Of a stretch of 64,000 nt of DNA, positions 1 through 13,042 are shown piece after piece. Numbering within the stretch: the stretch's first letter is position 1; each line of letters opens with the position of its first letter. Under the pieces are notes generated by a model. The model was not told the DNA's origin. It did no database searches and saw only the letters and a list, made by a program, of their open reading frames with translations. This DNA is from Mobula hypostoma (Eukaryota). The position numbers were made by a program, and so were the translations under genes. The stretch is from contig NC_086097.1 of NCBI RefSeq assembly GCF_963921235.1, forward strand, positions 14,136,001 to 14,200,000. Direction: 5' to 3'.

Positions 1-135
1 TTCCTGCCGCATTCTAAAGACGTACTGGGGAGGTTCATTGGTTATAGTAAATTGCTCTGTGATTAGGCAAGGGTTAAATAGTTGGGTTGCTGGGTGTTAC
101 GGCTCACTGGGCTAGACGGGCCTGTTCTGTACTTT
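1..135 (+). mobile_element. HE1/V-SINE-type SINE, 3' part
   Basis: Core '...attctaaagacgtac...ggttcattggttatagtaaattg...gattaggc' and CR1-like tail 'gggcctgttctgtact', shared with copies at 2014, 26233 and 52793. Confidence 0.7.
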
Positions 136-138
136 CTG

Positions 139-446
139 CCTGTTGTGACGCAGGCGTTTAGGGCAGCAATGAAGGTCCTCCACCTCTTGATCACTCTGAT
201 GTAAAAGGATTCTTCATTGCTGTATCCATAACAATTTTGTTTTACCAATCGGCCCTGAGCTGAACCCCTGAACATGGAGGTCTGGTAGACCACTCTTAGT
301 CTGTTCTCTACCCTTTGGGCAGTTTGGCCTGGGTGACCCTACCAAAAGCCAAAGCATAAAGCCCTGACTGGAACCAACATAACTCTCCAGGTCACTGAGT
401 CACACAAGCCTCCAAACCACGGCAAGCCTGTGGTTCTCTTAGAGGC
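139..446 (-). mobile_element. Unclassified (RTE-like) short retroposon, copy 1
   Basis: Colinear with 33853-34162 (tttagggcagcaatgaag...gggtgaccct...agccaaag...aagccctgact...gtggttctcttagagg). Confidence 0.5.
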
Positions 447-2013
447 ATGTTCTGTACTGTACCTCCAAATAAATTAAACATTAAAGCTCAGCTGAACTAC
501 CTGCTGGGCGGGAAGTGAGGGGCTGGAGTGGTTGGGGTGAGGTGGAGACGGGGTTTGGAGATTGTGGAAACATTGTTTGGCACACTTTGGATTGGTTCTT
601 CAGTTTTCCTTCCTTTGATTAAGGGAAGGGGTTAAAAAAAAGGTAATCAACAGTTCCTGCTGTCCCAACTCACTGCACAGCCGCTTTGACATGCGACATT
701 ACATAAAATAGCTCATGACTCACTCCTTGCCATCTATCGCCAGCATAGTGCCACTCAGAAATTCTGCTGCAATTCAGCCAAATTGTACGCTTTAAAATAT
801 GTGAGTCTCTTTTCACACGAAATGGATTGACTTCCCTCGCCACACCACAGATTTCCTATCATCACACCGTGTCAATAATCTCCAAATCGAAGCGAGATCC
901 TCCGATTCCCCTGATTGCGTTAATCTTCCTAATGACAAATTAGCATTCTTCACATTCTGTTCTTATATTTCAAAATTAACACTGCAGTTCCAAGGGAGAA
1001 GGAATCAGCCGTTCTCCCTAATGCCTCCATGGACTGCTTGACGCATAACAGATTTCCAACATCCCTTTTAAAACATTTCAGCTCGCGAGGCACAAGAAAT
1101 AATTTATAATCTGGCTATCAGATGCAGCTATTTTCTCACTTTATGTTGGGCTGGTGGGAAATGAAGGGTTCGGGGGGTGGGGGGAGTAGTAAGTTTTGAG
1201 TCAGGGATTTAATAGCAAATGGAAGCAAATTTTGATGTCAGAGGCAACTCTATCAAGCCGCCGATTTGTATCTTTTCAAAGATCAGGTTTAAATTTGCAC
1301 CGCTCTTGAAATAAATTGCTCTAAATGTCCAAAATGAGCTCTGTGCATCCAATTCAAATTACGCTTTCTAAAATTCATCCACCTGAGCTGGAGATTGTTC
1401 TAAAGATGTTTACTTGAAGAGAGAGAGAGAAAAAAGATAAACTGAGAAAACTTCTCTATCAAACAGACGATGAGCCTTTGGTGAAATTTCCATTTATTTC
1501 AGAAAATCTCCAACCTAAGAAGCCCATGATATTTTGGATTTTGTCCTCGGGGATTCTATTAAATCCTGGGAAGTAGAGCGCAAAATCTTATTGGAGTTTG
1601 CAATCTGTCCCACAGGATCTTTCTGGATTTTTTTTTTTTTTTTTGCCCATCAACTTCTATGATTCTAACAAGATTTTTGAATCAGATCTCCTCTGGGATA
1701 TTTTGGGATGGAATATACTAATAAAGAAAGTCTTGGTGCTGTGTAGCTGATTACTCCCTCCTGGAAATAGTGTCAGGATGTTGCACCATGCTTCTCGAGT
1801 GCTTTAGAAGGGAAGGGATAAAAACACCATACTCCTCTGTATTGCAGAAGAGACGCCTTAACTATTTGTGTCCTGCTTCCAAAAGGTGTTTTCTGATAAT
1901 ATCTCATGGCAATTGTTTTAACCTGTAGAACGGTTAGTTCCGCTGGTCAGATGCCAAGGTCATGGGATCGATCCTTATACTGTCCAAGCGTTTGCTCTGG
2001 TGGGTGACGTAGT

Positions 2014-2260
2014 GGGCACAGTAGCATAGTGGTTAGCACTACAGTTTACAGTACCAGCGACCTGGGTTCAATTCCTGCCGATGCCTGTCAGGAGTTTGCA
2101 CGTTCTCCCCATGACCTCTGGGTGTTCCGGTTTCCAAAGACATACCGGGTGGTAGGTAAAGTGTAAGCTGACCTGTAGTTAGGCTAGGTTGCTAGGTGGC
2201 ATGGCTCGAAGGGCCGAGAGGGCTTACTCCGCACTGTATCTCAGTAAATGAATAAATAAA
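2014..2260 (+). mobile_element. HE1/V-SINE-type tRNA-derived SINE
   Basis: A box tagcatagtgg (2022-2032), B box ggttcaattcc (2065-2075), V-domain-like 'gggtgttccggtttcc...aaagac', tail gaagggcc...ctgtatctc, (aaat)n end. Confidence 0.8.
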
Positions 2261-4405
2261 AATTGGGATCACAGAAGAATAACAAAATTGATTGATATTA
2301 TGAAGTGCTGTCACAAGATACCTCCTTCAATAATTACCTGACAGTGTTCAGATATAACCTGAGAAGTACAACACAATTAACTCTTTACACTCCCAATTCC
2401 ATGAATAAATAAGTAGGCCTCAATCATACAGGCTCCCTCCCTACTTCAGGAAGTTGGGAAAGTCAGACCAACCGTATTCCTTGAGGGGCTTTGAGCATTC
2501 CAGTGCTTGACTCACAGACCCAAAAGGAAGACTCATGAGCAGCATCCATTAACTACAAACAAATCAAAAAATCAATCACGTGGGGTCATTGCTCATAGCA
2601 TTATTTTGAAAGGGTTAAATCCAGAAGCACAAAAATCTGACTAAAATCCACTCCTTGCAAGATGGAGTCACTTCTAATTATCACCTGGAATACCAGTGCT
2701 TGCTGATGCTGACGCTGATAGGAAGCTGAAACAAGAAGAATGGAATATTACAAAAGTAAATGGACTGAATCTCGTTATTCCTGCTCTGACCTTCAATCAG
2801 AAACCAGAACTCGCAGGGTTAAAACTATTCCCTTTCCCCTCCTCAAAACAATTTTATTTTGGAAGCTAGTCAGGGAGAAATGGAGAACAGAAGAACTGAA
2901 GAAGCTGAACCTCCTCCCTCAACTTGATTTGCATACACCATTAAGAGCATGTTTTATTTATTTTTAATCAAAACCAATTGACAGAGAAATTAATCAATAA
3001 AGTTGAAAGCATGAGTGATATCTGACCATCTGGGGAACACAATATTTCCCCCCCCCCTTCCTTCTTCCCCCTACACTTGTCACAGTCCATATTGTGGATA
3101 GTGAACTTTCTCAAGAGCGTTGAGAAGCTCCATATGGTCGAGATCAAAGGTGTTGCTGGGTGCATGGTTATGCTTTATTGCCAGCCAGTGCTGTTAATTA
3201 GACAACAAGATCAGAGGCAGTATTAAAATCTAATTAAATTGATATGAACAGATTGCCAAGTGATGTACGCTAATGTATAATTGAGCACCATGCAAATCTT
3301 GGTCTCTGTCTTTTGTTTTCCCTAGCTCTGAATGACTGATGAAGCTATGAAGTTTCGCTGCAGCAGATAAACAAGTTAATGTGCTGAACTAAGAGGGCCA
3401 GCTAGAAAGCATTACTTCGCTGACTGCGGCAGAATTAAAGCCGTAATTTTAACAGGCTACCTTACTCTGTGAACGGTGGTATGCCAGATACCCTCTACCT
3501 TGGTCATGGCACTGAGGGACAAGGTCTGATATAGTGCAGGAGTGTCTTTGTGACAATGAGGCACTATCACAGCTAGCCACCTTGTCTTGCACACTTTGAC
3601 GGTATGGGGCTTAGGGCGATGATACAGCTTATTGTGGCTTGCATGGGAAATGGAACGCAGGGGCCCTGCCGAAAGTCGATTAAGTGTAGAGCCAGCGAGG
3701 AGAAGGAAGGCTGTACTACCATACCCAAACTCCCTGACTGCAGCAAGAGGCAATCCTGGCACTGCCTTTCAGTCAGTTTGGAATCGTACCGCGGCCAACT
3801 TGCAGGTCTTTGCATTGCACCCATCAGTGGAAGCGTCAACGGACTCAGGGAGAAGAATAAGCCATCAGATCTCAGAGCTGTTTTAGCCTGAGAACTGGAC
3901 TGTAGATAACAATCAAACCAGAGTGTGAACCTTTGACTGTTTTCTGGCTTCCAGCTGCCCTACAAGTTGCCATTTCCGACAGTTCTGTCATAATATGTGC
4001 GTATTTTTAAATCAAACTGAAGCTCAGAAGTGATAACATACCAGTAATTCTGTTTGAAATGTAGAAATAATTTTCCTATCTCTACCTCTGAACTTGTATT
4101 AGAATAAGCCTGTAATTTCTATTCTCTGACATCGTTCATCTATTGTTTAATTACAAACACTGTCACCATCTGCTCACCTGTGTTGTCTGCATATTGTGAC
4201 AATCCATTCACACACTACCTCTCAGTAAAATGATCAAACTGCATTAAAATGAGTCTGCTATACGTTACGTGTAATAGCAGATGGCCTGGGAGGGATTATC
4301 AAAGTAGACATGGACTCTTATTGGTTTGGGACAATATCGCATGGAGCCACCTCAGCCTCAAACCAACTTAACACTTACATATGCCTTTTCAATGCAGTCA
4401 CCTGG

Positions 4406-5093
4406 AAGTTCAAAGTTCAAAATAAATTCATTGTCAAAGTATGTACACAGTCTGTTACCATGTACTACCTTGAGTTTGCTTGCAGGCATTTACAAGAGAA
4501 AAAAATAAATACAACAGAATTTAGGGGGAAAAATCTCTACATAAAGAGACAAAGACTGACAAGCAGCCAATGTAGAGAAAAAGACAAACTGTACAAATAA
4601 TAAGTAAAGAGTTGTAAAGAGATCTTCGAAGTGAGTCGGTAGGTCGTAGAATCAGTTCAGAGCAGTTGTGAGTGAGGTTATTCCCACTAGTCCAGGATCC
4701 TGATGCTTGTAGGGTAATAACTGTTCCTGAGCTGATGGTATAGGATGTCAGACTTCTGTAGCTGCTGCTTGTTGGTAACAACGAGAAGAGGGCATGAGAT
4801 GGAGGGTGGGGGTATTTGATGATGGATGTGCCTTTCTTGTATCAGCGGTGGGGAGGGCTTCACCTGTGATGGACTGGGCTGTATCCACCACTTTTTGGAG
4901 GCTTTTGTCATTTCCAAGCCAGGCCGTGATGCAACCAGTCAAAATACTCTCCACTGTGCATCTATGGAAGGTTGAAGAAGTTTTGGTTGACTTTTGAATC
5001 TATACAAGCTTCTAAGAAATTAGAGGCGCTGTTGTGCCTCCTTTGTGAGGACACGTAGATGCTGGTCCCAGGACAGATCCTCTGATATATGAA
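4406..5093 (-). mobile_element. Rex1/Babar-like LINE 3' fragment
   Basis: Minus ORF ESILTGCITAW...KSLQKVVDTAQSITG; (tttgaac)n tail. Confidence 0.75.
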
Positions 5094-5983
5094 CACGACC
5101 TCGTCTATGTTACACTATTTAACTTAGATTAATGAGGAAGCATTCAGAGTAGGCATTATAGTATTCTTCTCTAATAGAATTTTGAAAACCATCACACAAT
5201 TTTTATTCATGTTTTGCAATCAAACATACAACAAATAGTCATGTATAAATTCAGTAAGAAATTTAAAATAAATTCTTTATTTAAAGATTGGACGCTTTGT
5301 GAACCCCACTACCATAAGCAATGCCTTCAAGGAGAGGACTGGATGACTGACAAATACACAAGGAAGAAGGAAACAGAAGGATCTGCTGATAAGATTGGTT
5401 GAAGAACGCTGGAAGTCGTCACAGGGAACGTAAGTGCCAGCATGCACTTGTGTTCACAGGTCTGTTTCGAACACACCTTTTGGGCTTCCATATCTGCCAT
5501 GTGTCAGGAACTGCAGTGAGACATTTTGGACTGAACTGAGGAGGAATTTCTTCACACAGAGTGGTGAAACTGTCAAATTCTCAACCGGGGAAGGTGTGGA
5601 GACCAAGTTGCTAGATATATGCAAAAAGTAGGTAAAGAGCTATCAAGTAGAACAGGGAGAAAAATGGGAATATGGTATAAGGTAGAGGATCAGACATGAT
5701 TGCATTGATTGCTGGAGGGCTCTTGCAGGGCCAAATGGCCCACCCTTATTGCTATTTTTCTATTCTTCTATCTTTAAGGAACAAAATAGCTATCTCAACT
5801 TTTTGAAACAAAAATAGAACGCGCTGGAAATATCAGGCAGAATCTATAAACAGGAAACGGAGTTAATTATACATATCACTCAGAACAATGAATTGAAACA
5901 TTCACTCTGTTTCCCTCTCCGTGGGCACTTCCTAACTTGCTGAGTGTTTCCAACAATCTCTGATTGTATTTCAGTTTTCCATC

Positions 5984-6052
5984 ACGACTGATGAAGGGTC
6001 TTGGCCCAAAATGTTCACTCTTTTCCATAGATGATATCCTGGCCTGCTGAGT
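5984..6052 (+). mobile_element. Penelope-derived fragment with decayed hammerhead motif
   Basis: ctgatgaagggtcttggcccaaaatgtt (GAAA changed to AAAA) followed by the family 3' segment. Confidence 0.6.
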
Positions 6053-7847
6053 TCATCTGCAAGTTTGCTGATCCAGTGAACTATATTACCATCCAGATCA
6101 TTGATACAGATGACAAATAACAAAGGACCCAGTACCGATCCCTGCGGCACTCCACTAGTCTCAGGCCTCCAGTCAGAGGCAACCATCTACTAACATTCTC
6201 TGGCTTCTCCCACAAAGCCAATGTCTAATCCAGTTTACTACCTCATCTTGCATGCTGAGCAACTGAATCTTTTTGACCTGCCTCCCACGTGGGCCCTTGT
6301 CAAATGCCTTGCTAAAGTCCATGTATTCAACATCTATTGCCTTGCGTTCATCAACTTCCCTGGAAACTTCCTTGAAAAACTCTGTAAGGTGTGTTAAACT
6401 CGACCTCCCATGCACAAAGCCATGTTGAATACCCTTAATCAGTCTGTCTATACAAACACACATATCCAGTCCCTTAGAATACCGTCCAAGTACTTTCCCA
6501 CAACTCATGTCAGGGTCACCAGCCTATAACTTCCTGGTTTATGTTTCGAGCATTTCTTAAACAGCGGAATAACATTGACTATCCTTCAAACCTCTGGTAC
6601 CTCACTTGTCTCTAAGGATGATTTAAATATATCAGCTTGAGCCCTTACAATTTCTGCACTTGACCCCCACAGAGTTTGAGGGAACACCTTGTCAGACCCC
6701 GGGAATTTATCTACTCTAATTTGCCTCAAGGTAGCAAACACCTCCTCCTCTGTAATCTGTACAGATTCCATGAAGTTGCTGCCATTTTGCCTCATATCTA
6801 TAGACTCTGTGTCCATCTCATGAGTAAATACAGATGCAAAAAATGCATTTAAAAGCTTCCCCATCTCTTTTGGTTCCATGCATGGATTACCATCCTGATC
6901 TTCCAGAGGACTAATTTTGTCCCTTGCAATCCTTTTGCTCTTAACATAGCTATAGAATTCCTCAGCATTCTCCACTTTGTCTGCTAAGGCAATCTCATGC
7001 CTTCTTTTAACCCTCCTGATTTCTTTCTTAAGTGTTCTCTTGAATTCCTTATACTCCAAAAGCACCTCATTTGTTCCTACCTACCTATACCTGCTCTGCA
7101 TCTTTTTTTTCTCTCAACCAGGGCCTCAATATCTCTTGAAAACCGTCCCTACACCTGTTATCTTTACCTTTTATTCTGACAGGCACATACAAGCTTTGTA
7201 CTCTCAAACTTTCACTTTTGAAGGCCTCCCACTTACCAAGTACATCTTTGCCAGACAAAGTCTGTCCCAATCCACACTTGCCAGATCCTTTCTGACACCA
7301 TCAAAATTGGCCTTTCTCCAACTCAGAATCTCAACCCACGGACCAGACCTATCTTTTTGAATGTTTACTTTAAAAGTAATGGCATTATGATCACTAGATA
7401 CAAAGTGTTCACCTACACAAACTTCTGTCACCTGCCTTGTCTCATTCCCTAATAGCAGATCGAGTACCACACACTTTCTTGTTGGGACTTCTACGTACTG
7501 ATTAAGGAAATTTTTCTGAACGCATTTGACAAACTCTATCACATCTAGTCCTTTTACAGCATGGGAGTTCCAGTCAATATGTGGAAAGTTAAAATCATCT
7601 ACTATGACAACCTTATATTTCTTGCAACAGTTTATGATCTCTCTACAAATTTGGTCCTCTAAATCCCTCAGACTGTTGGGTGGTCTGTAATATAGCCCCA
7701 TTAATGTTTTTTACTATTTCTCAGTTCCACCCATAATGCCTCACTCGACGTGTCCTCCAGTCTGTCCTGACTAAGCACTGCTGTGACATTTTCCCTGACT
7801 AGTAGCGCCACCCCTCCTGCTTTAATTCCTCCCACTCTGTCACGTCT
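6053..7847 (-). mobile_element. CR1 LINE ORF2 relic (APE and RT), frameshifted
   Basis: Minus ORFs GLYYRPPN...DFNFP...SDHN (APE), QHGF, MDFSKAFDK, GVPQGSVLGP; breaks off at the FADD-equivalent (LADE). Confidence 0.92.
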
Positions 7848-10289
7848 GGTGTAGTGGAGTGGTGGTTGTGAGCCATCAATGTCATTAGTCAGGGTGGCAG
7901 GAAGAGCAGGAGTAACAATAAATTTCTTGTCATAACTGGCATCATCCCATTATTTGTTGGGGAACAGGCAGTAAAAGATTTTCTAAAAATGATTGCATGA
8001 ATGCATTGCCCTTTCAAATAGGAGACTTCCTAATTTGCAAGCTGGGTTTGCAGAGCTGGGCTGAGGTTGTCCATTGCTGCAGCTCTCAATGAGATTGTGA
8101 TGACTTTAAAAGTGCAGATCTGACATAAGTTCACATCCCATCACATCAAGGCAAAGCAAACAGCTGAAATGAAGCTAGTTTTCAGATCTTCCCAAGTCAA
8201 TTTTGTAAAGAAAAATTAAAAATGAATGATATATTGAAATATTAAAGTGACACTTATTTAATAAATTGCATGCCAATCTAGGTGCAGTATTTTCAACCAT
8301 TATACGATAGAATTAATTAGTTCCTTTCAAAAGTGAATTCCTCTATCCCTTGTTTTATCTAACTGGCACACTTTGCACAGTCTGATCCCATGGAGATCTG
8401 ATTAAAGATGCAAGTCCCCCGTTCTCACTCCTAAATAAGATGTAACATACTTTATGTTGCTCTTTTCTCAAATTCTTTTTGACAGCTTCAAAGGCCAGCT
8501 TGCATACAGCTTCAAAATCGCTGTGAGCACACAGCTCTTTAACGAAAGCTTCTGTCCAAATGGAAGGATTAACCTGTTTTTTTGACAGAGATGTTCACGT
8601 CTTTTGCTTCTCATTTTCCTCCACAGGAATTGGCTTGATTGCATTTATTCCCAACCCTTAATTGCCCATGAACCGAATGAGCCCTTTCAGAGGGCAACAC
8701 AAACATCACAGGTACATGCACAAGGAAAAGGGAGCAGGAGTAGGCCATCAAACCTCTTTATCCTGTCCCACCATTAAATAAGGAACAAACTTGTGGAGCT
8801 TGGTGATGTATCTACCTCAGGTTATCACTGCTCTTCCGAGGCACTTTTCCGTAATCTTAATTCCCAATCTTTCAAAACTTTATCCATCTCAACTCAATCT
8901 TGATTCAAAGCTTCAAAGGTTCAAAAGTTCAATGGTTCATTTAATGTCAGAGAATATATACATTGAAATTTGTGCTCTTGACAGACATCCACAAAACAAG
9001 ACACCGCATAGAATAAATGATGGAACCATCAAAGCCCTGAAGCCCCCCCCCCTCACCCTTCACACCAGCAGCAGCAAAAGCATTGACCCTCCCTCTCCCC
9101 CACTCGAGCCTGGAGAACCACTGAACCCCCAACTCCCCATGGAGGAAACCCATGAGTTCACAGAGAGAACGTACAAACTCTTTACAGGTGGTTCTAGAGT
9201 TGAACTCCAAACCCTAGAGTGCCCCAAGCTGTAATAGTGTTAACCACTACACTACCATGGCACCCCACCATTTTATGGTGATCTGGTAGTTTTCTGGCCA
9301 GCATTTCTGGTGCTAAATAGGTTTTTTTTTATTCCACATTTAATTAGCAATTTAAACCTTCCCAGTCATCATGGTGGAATTTGAATGCATGGCTGTGGAG
9401 ATTTTAGTGCCAATAATTTAACTACAACAGTGGAAGTGGTGGAGGCAGGAACAATACCAACATGTAGATGGCATCTGGACTGGTACTTGAATGAGCAGGG
9501 CATAGAGGGATTGGTAAAATAGGCATGATGGTTGGTATTGATTTAGTGGGCAAAGTGGGCTGTATCTATGCTGTAGATGTCATGATGTGCACGGGCAATA
9601 TCAGGACCCAAGTAGAAAGGAAAGACAGATTCCAATGTAGGGACGACAATGAAAGTTTATTCATAATAATCCCAAAGAAACATCGGCGACTCGGTCGAGT
9701 GACACCATGAGAGGTAACATTCTCAAAACCAGAACCTTGCAATTAGCACTGATCGGGTGTCTGCTTAAATAATACATGTAACATGGAACCCCTGAGCCTA
9801 TCAAAATGAACCTAACAAATTTAAACAGAAAACACCAGGAGACCGCATTTCAAAGAGCGAGTCACTTGAGAGTAACAGGGGGAGCTGTAGACGATTAATG
9901 ACTTCCATTAAACCACAATTAACCAACAGAGGTGCTCAAAAAACGCTGGCTTGCCTGCACAGGCCCAAAGCACTCATTACACCATCCTCTCCTTTAAGAT
10001 ATCAGAAGAAAGAAAATATCTGTAACAATCACAGTTAGGTGATGTACAATTAGTTCCATTGGCAGTTTGCCCTATTTCATCTTCAGAGAAAGCAGTCTCC
10101 AAATTAACTTGGCAGAAATCCTCATATTTGAATGTCAGGGTTGAAATGCTTCAACACTGTCTCAGTAACTGAATATAGGTACCATGGAGGATTGGTAAGG
10201 ACATGCGTGAATGGTCTTAGATCTCATGGAAGTAAGAGCAGGAATGTTCTCTGAGAACGTAAGTCTGCAGGACACCAACATTGTACACA

Positions 10290-11450
10290 TCAGTGATACT
10301 ATCCCTGGTTCGAAAGTCAGCCACATCAGTGCCCCTGTTACCTCAGATGGAAAAGGAAGCTGTGCACGTCCCCAGTGACTATCACCAGCTTTTCCAGATG
10401 CACCACAGAATGTATCCTCGATAGGTGAATCACAGCTTGTTGGGGCATCTTCTCTTCCCAGGACAGTGAGGAACTGCGGAGTTGTGAACACAGCCCAGCC
10501 CATCACACAAGCAGGCCTTCTCTCCATTGTGTAACACTTCCTACCGCCTTGGAAAATCAGCCAACGCAATCAAAGACTCCTCACACCCCAGTCATTCGTT
10601 TTCTCCCTCCTTCCATTGAGCAGAGGCACAAAAGTTTGAGAACATGTACCACCAGATTCAAAAACTCCAAGTACAAAGTAAATGTTGTTATTGAAATATT
10701 AGAGATTCATTTTCCTGTGTGCATACTCAGCAAAGCTACAGAATATTAACTATAACAAGATCAATGAAAGATCAACCAGAATGCAGATATAAATAAACAG
10801 CAATAAAAAACGAGAACATGAGATAATGAGATAAAGTGTCCTTAAAGTGAGATCATTGGTTATAGGAACATTTCAATGATGGGGCAAAGTGTGTGTTGTT
10901 ATCCCATATATTCAAGAGCCTGATGGCCGAGGGGTAGAAACTGTTCTTGAACCTGGTGGTGTGAGTCCTACTATTGCAAGACTCTTTAGCAAACCTCTTA
11001 TATGATAAAGATGAGCTCTTCATCTCTCAGTCTATCTAGTCATGGCCTTGCACTTTATTCTTCTGCCTGCACTGCACTTTCTCTGTACCTGCAACACTTT
11101 ATCCTTAAACACGAGGAATTCTGCAGATGCTGGAAATTCAAGCAACACACATCAAAGTTGCTGGTGAACGCAGCAGGCCAGGCTGCATCTCTAGGAAGAG
11201 GTACAGCTGACATTTCGGGCCGAGTACTGACGAAGGGTCTCGGCCCGAAACATCGACTGTACCTCCTCTTCCTAGAGATGCTGCCTGGCCTGCTGCGTTC
11301 ACCAGCAACTTTGATGTGTGTTGCCCAACACTTCATCCTTTTCCTTTTGTACGACTCTGTTTACTGTATATATGGAATAATCTGTCTGGATGGAATGCAA
11401 ACATACGCCCTGAGCTGTATCTTGGTATATGTGACAATAATAAATACGAT
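10290..11450 (+). mobile_element. Rex1/Babar-like LINE relic with nested inserts
   Basis: Degenerate 3' ORF and UTR, interrupted by a reverse LINE tail (~10650-10965, similar to ~42405-42700) and by the 11107 element. Confidence 0.55.
11107..11325. mobile_element. Palindromic Penelope-derived mini-element with hammerhead motif
   Basis: Inverted arms 11142-11224 and 11239-11324; core ctgacga...gaaa at 11227-11250; 15-bp TSD caacactt(t/c)atcctt at 11092-11106 and 11326-11340. Confidence 0.85.
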
Positions 11451-11452
11451 AA

Positions 11453-11783
11453 GGTAGTGTAGTGATTAGCGCAGTGCTCTACAACAGCCATCCGAAAGAT
11501 CAGAGTTCGATCCCCGCCACTGTCTGTGAGGGGTTTGTATAACCTCCTCGTGATTGCGTGGGTCCCCCTCCCCCCCCCACCGATTATCTGGTTTTCTCTC
11601 ACATTCCGAAGACATACAGTATGGTGAGGGTGAGTGAGCTGTGGGAATGCAAGGCTGGCGCCAGAAGCATGGTGATGCCTGTGGGCTGCCCAGCACAACC
11701 TTCGCTGATTTGATATGATGCAAAATCGTGCATTTCACTGTACGTTTCGAAGTACATGTGACAAATACAGCTAATCGCAATCT
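11453..11783 (+). mobile_element. tRNA-derived V-SINE variant (taatc-type tail)
   Basis: A/B boxes (tagtgtagtga, agttcgatcc), V-like core, tail catttcactgta...catgtgacaaata; related copies near 22850-23060, 30365-30680 and 47069-47352 (minus). Confidence 0.7.
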
Positions 11784-12599
11784 CGTTAGTAAACCAATCA
11801 CCAGATGCCAGTGTTCAAGATATACATTGTACTAAGACTGAGCAAGGTTTCCATATGCCGTATGAAGTTTAAAAACAGAGTCCAGGGACCTCAGGAGAGG
11901 ACGATAAAACAAAATAAAACAATATAGTTAAATAAGTAAGAAGGTAGTAGCCAAAAAAATACCAACGTGAAAGACAATCATCTTTTAAAAACTAGCAGAG
12001 TGTGAAGTAAAATACTGCAGATCAATGCAGTGGCACTAATGCGTCGTAAATGGGAAGAGCCAATCTTGAGGGTTCATGGACATTAGAAAATCCCTTCAAT
12101 TTAATTACATCCTTAAGATCACCGTTGACTCTTTTTATTGTTTGGGAGCAGGTGCAGTGAGTTCAATAGAGCCAAATGGATATCGGAGAAAGTGTATCAG
12201 AGTGTACTGGCGAGATTAAGCCTGGAGGTATTCAAATTCTACAATGGGTTACAAACAAAAATGAATCACACGAGATATATTACTGAGAATTGCATTTAGT
12301 ACACTACATAACAGACCTGCGAAAAGCAAGGAGAGAAACCATACACCCCACATAACATACTGAATAAAATTCTCTTCGCAGAATGAAGTCAGGCTGTGGT
12401 GGAATTCAGTCTCAGTGTAAAAATGGACTGCCCAGCTCTGATGAAGTAAAGAGAGAGGAAGTGGCTTGTCATTGCATGCCTGGGGACAAAAGACTATTCT
12501 CACATTGGGATGATAAGAAAGCATAGGTAACACTGTAATCAATCTGTCTGCAGATCACAATTCTCAGTAAGGAGATATATGAGGTTAAAATACAAAAAT

Positions 12600-13042
12600 T
12601 CCAAATCAGAATCAGGTTTAATATCACTGGCATACGTCATGATTGTTTTTCTTGTTTTCGTGGCAGCAGTACAGTACAATACATAACAATAGAAACTGTA
12701 AATTATAAAAACTGTAAATCTATAAATGAGAAAATCTGTATATTCTGGAAACAAAAGTAACACACACAGAATGCTGGAGGAACTCAGCAGGTCGGTCAGC
12801 ATCTATGGAAATGAATAGATAGTTGATATTTCAAGAAGGGTCTTGGCTCGAATATATGTATATTTAAATTTTAAATTAAGTTAAATAGGTAATGCTAAAA
12901 AAGGTAGCGTTCATGGGTTCAATGTCCATTCAGAAATCTGATGGCAAAGGGGAAGAAGTTGTTCCTGAATTGTTGAGTGTGTGTCTTCGAGCTCCTGTAC
13001 CTTCTCCTTGATGCCAGCAATGAGAAGAGGGCATGTCCTGGG
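12600..13042 (-). mobile_element. Rex1/Babar-like LINE 3' end containing a Penelope fragment (~12762-12850)
   Basis: PGHALFSLLASRRRYRS...FRNNFFPFAIRFLN; (ctgatt)n tail. Confidence 0.7.

Noticed and set aside
8590..8700. Strong-looking splice acceptor ttttcctccacag
   Set aside because: Runs straight into a reverse LINE-tail relic; no donor or frame support
12152..12300. Possible plus-strand exon after gggagcag (CSEFNRAKWISEKVYQ...)
   Set aside because: Weak polypyrimidine tract, weak donor, no recognisable protein similarity
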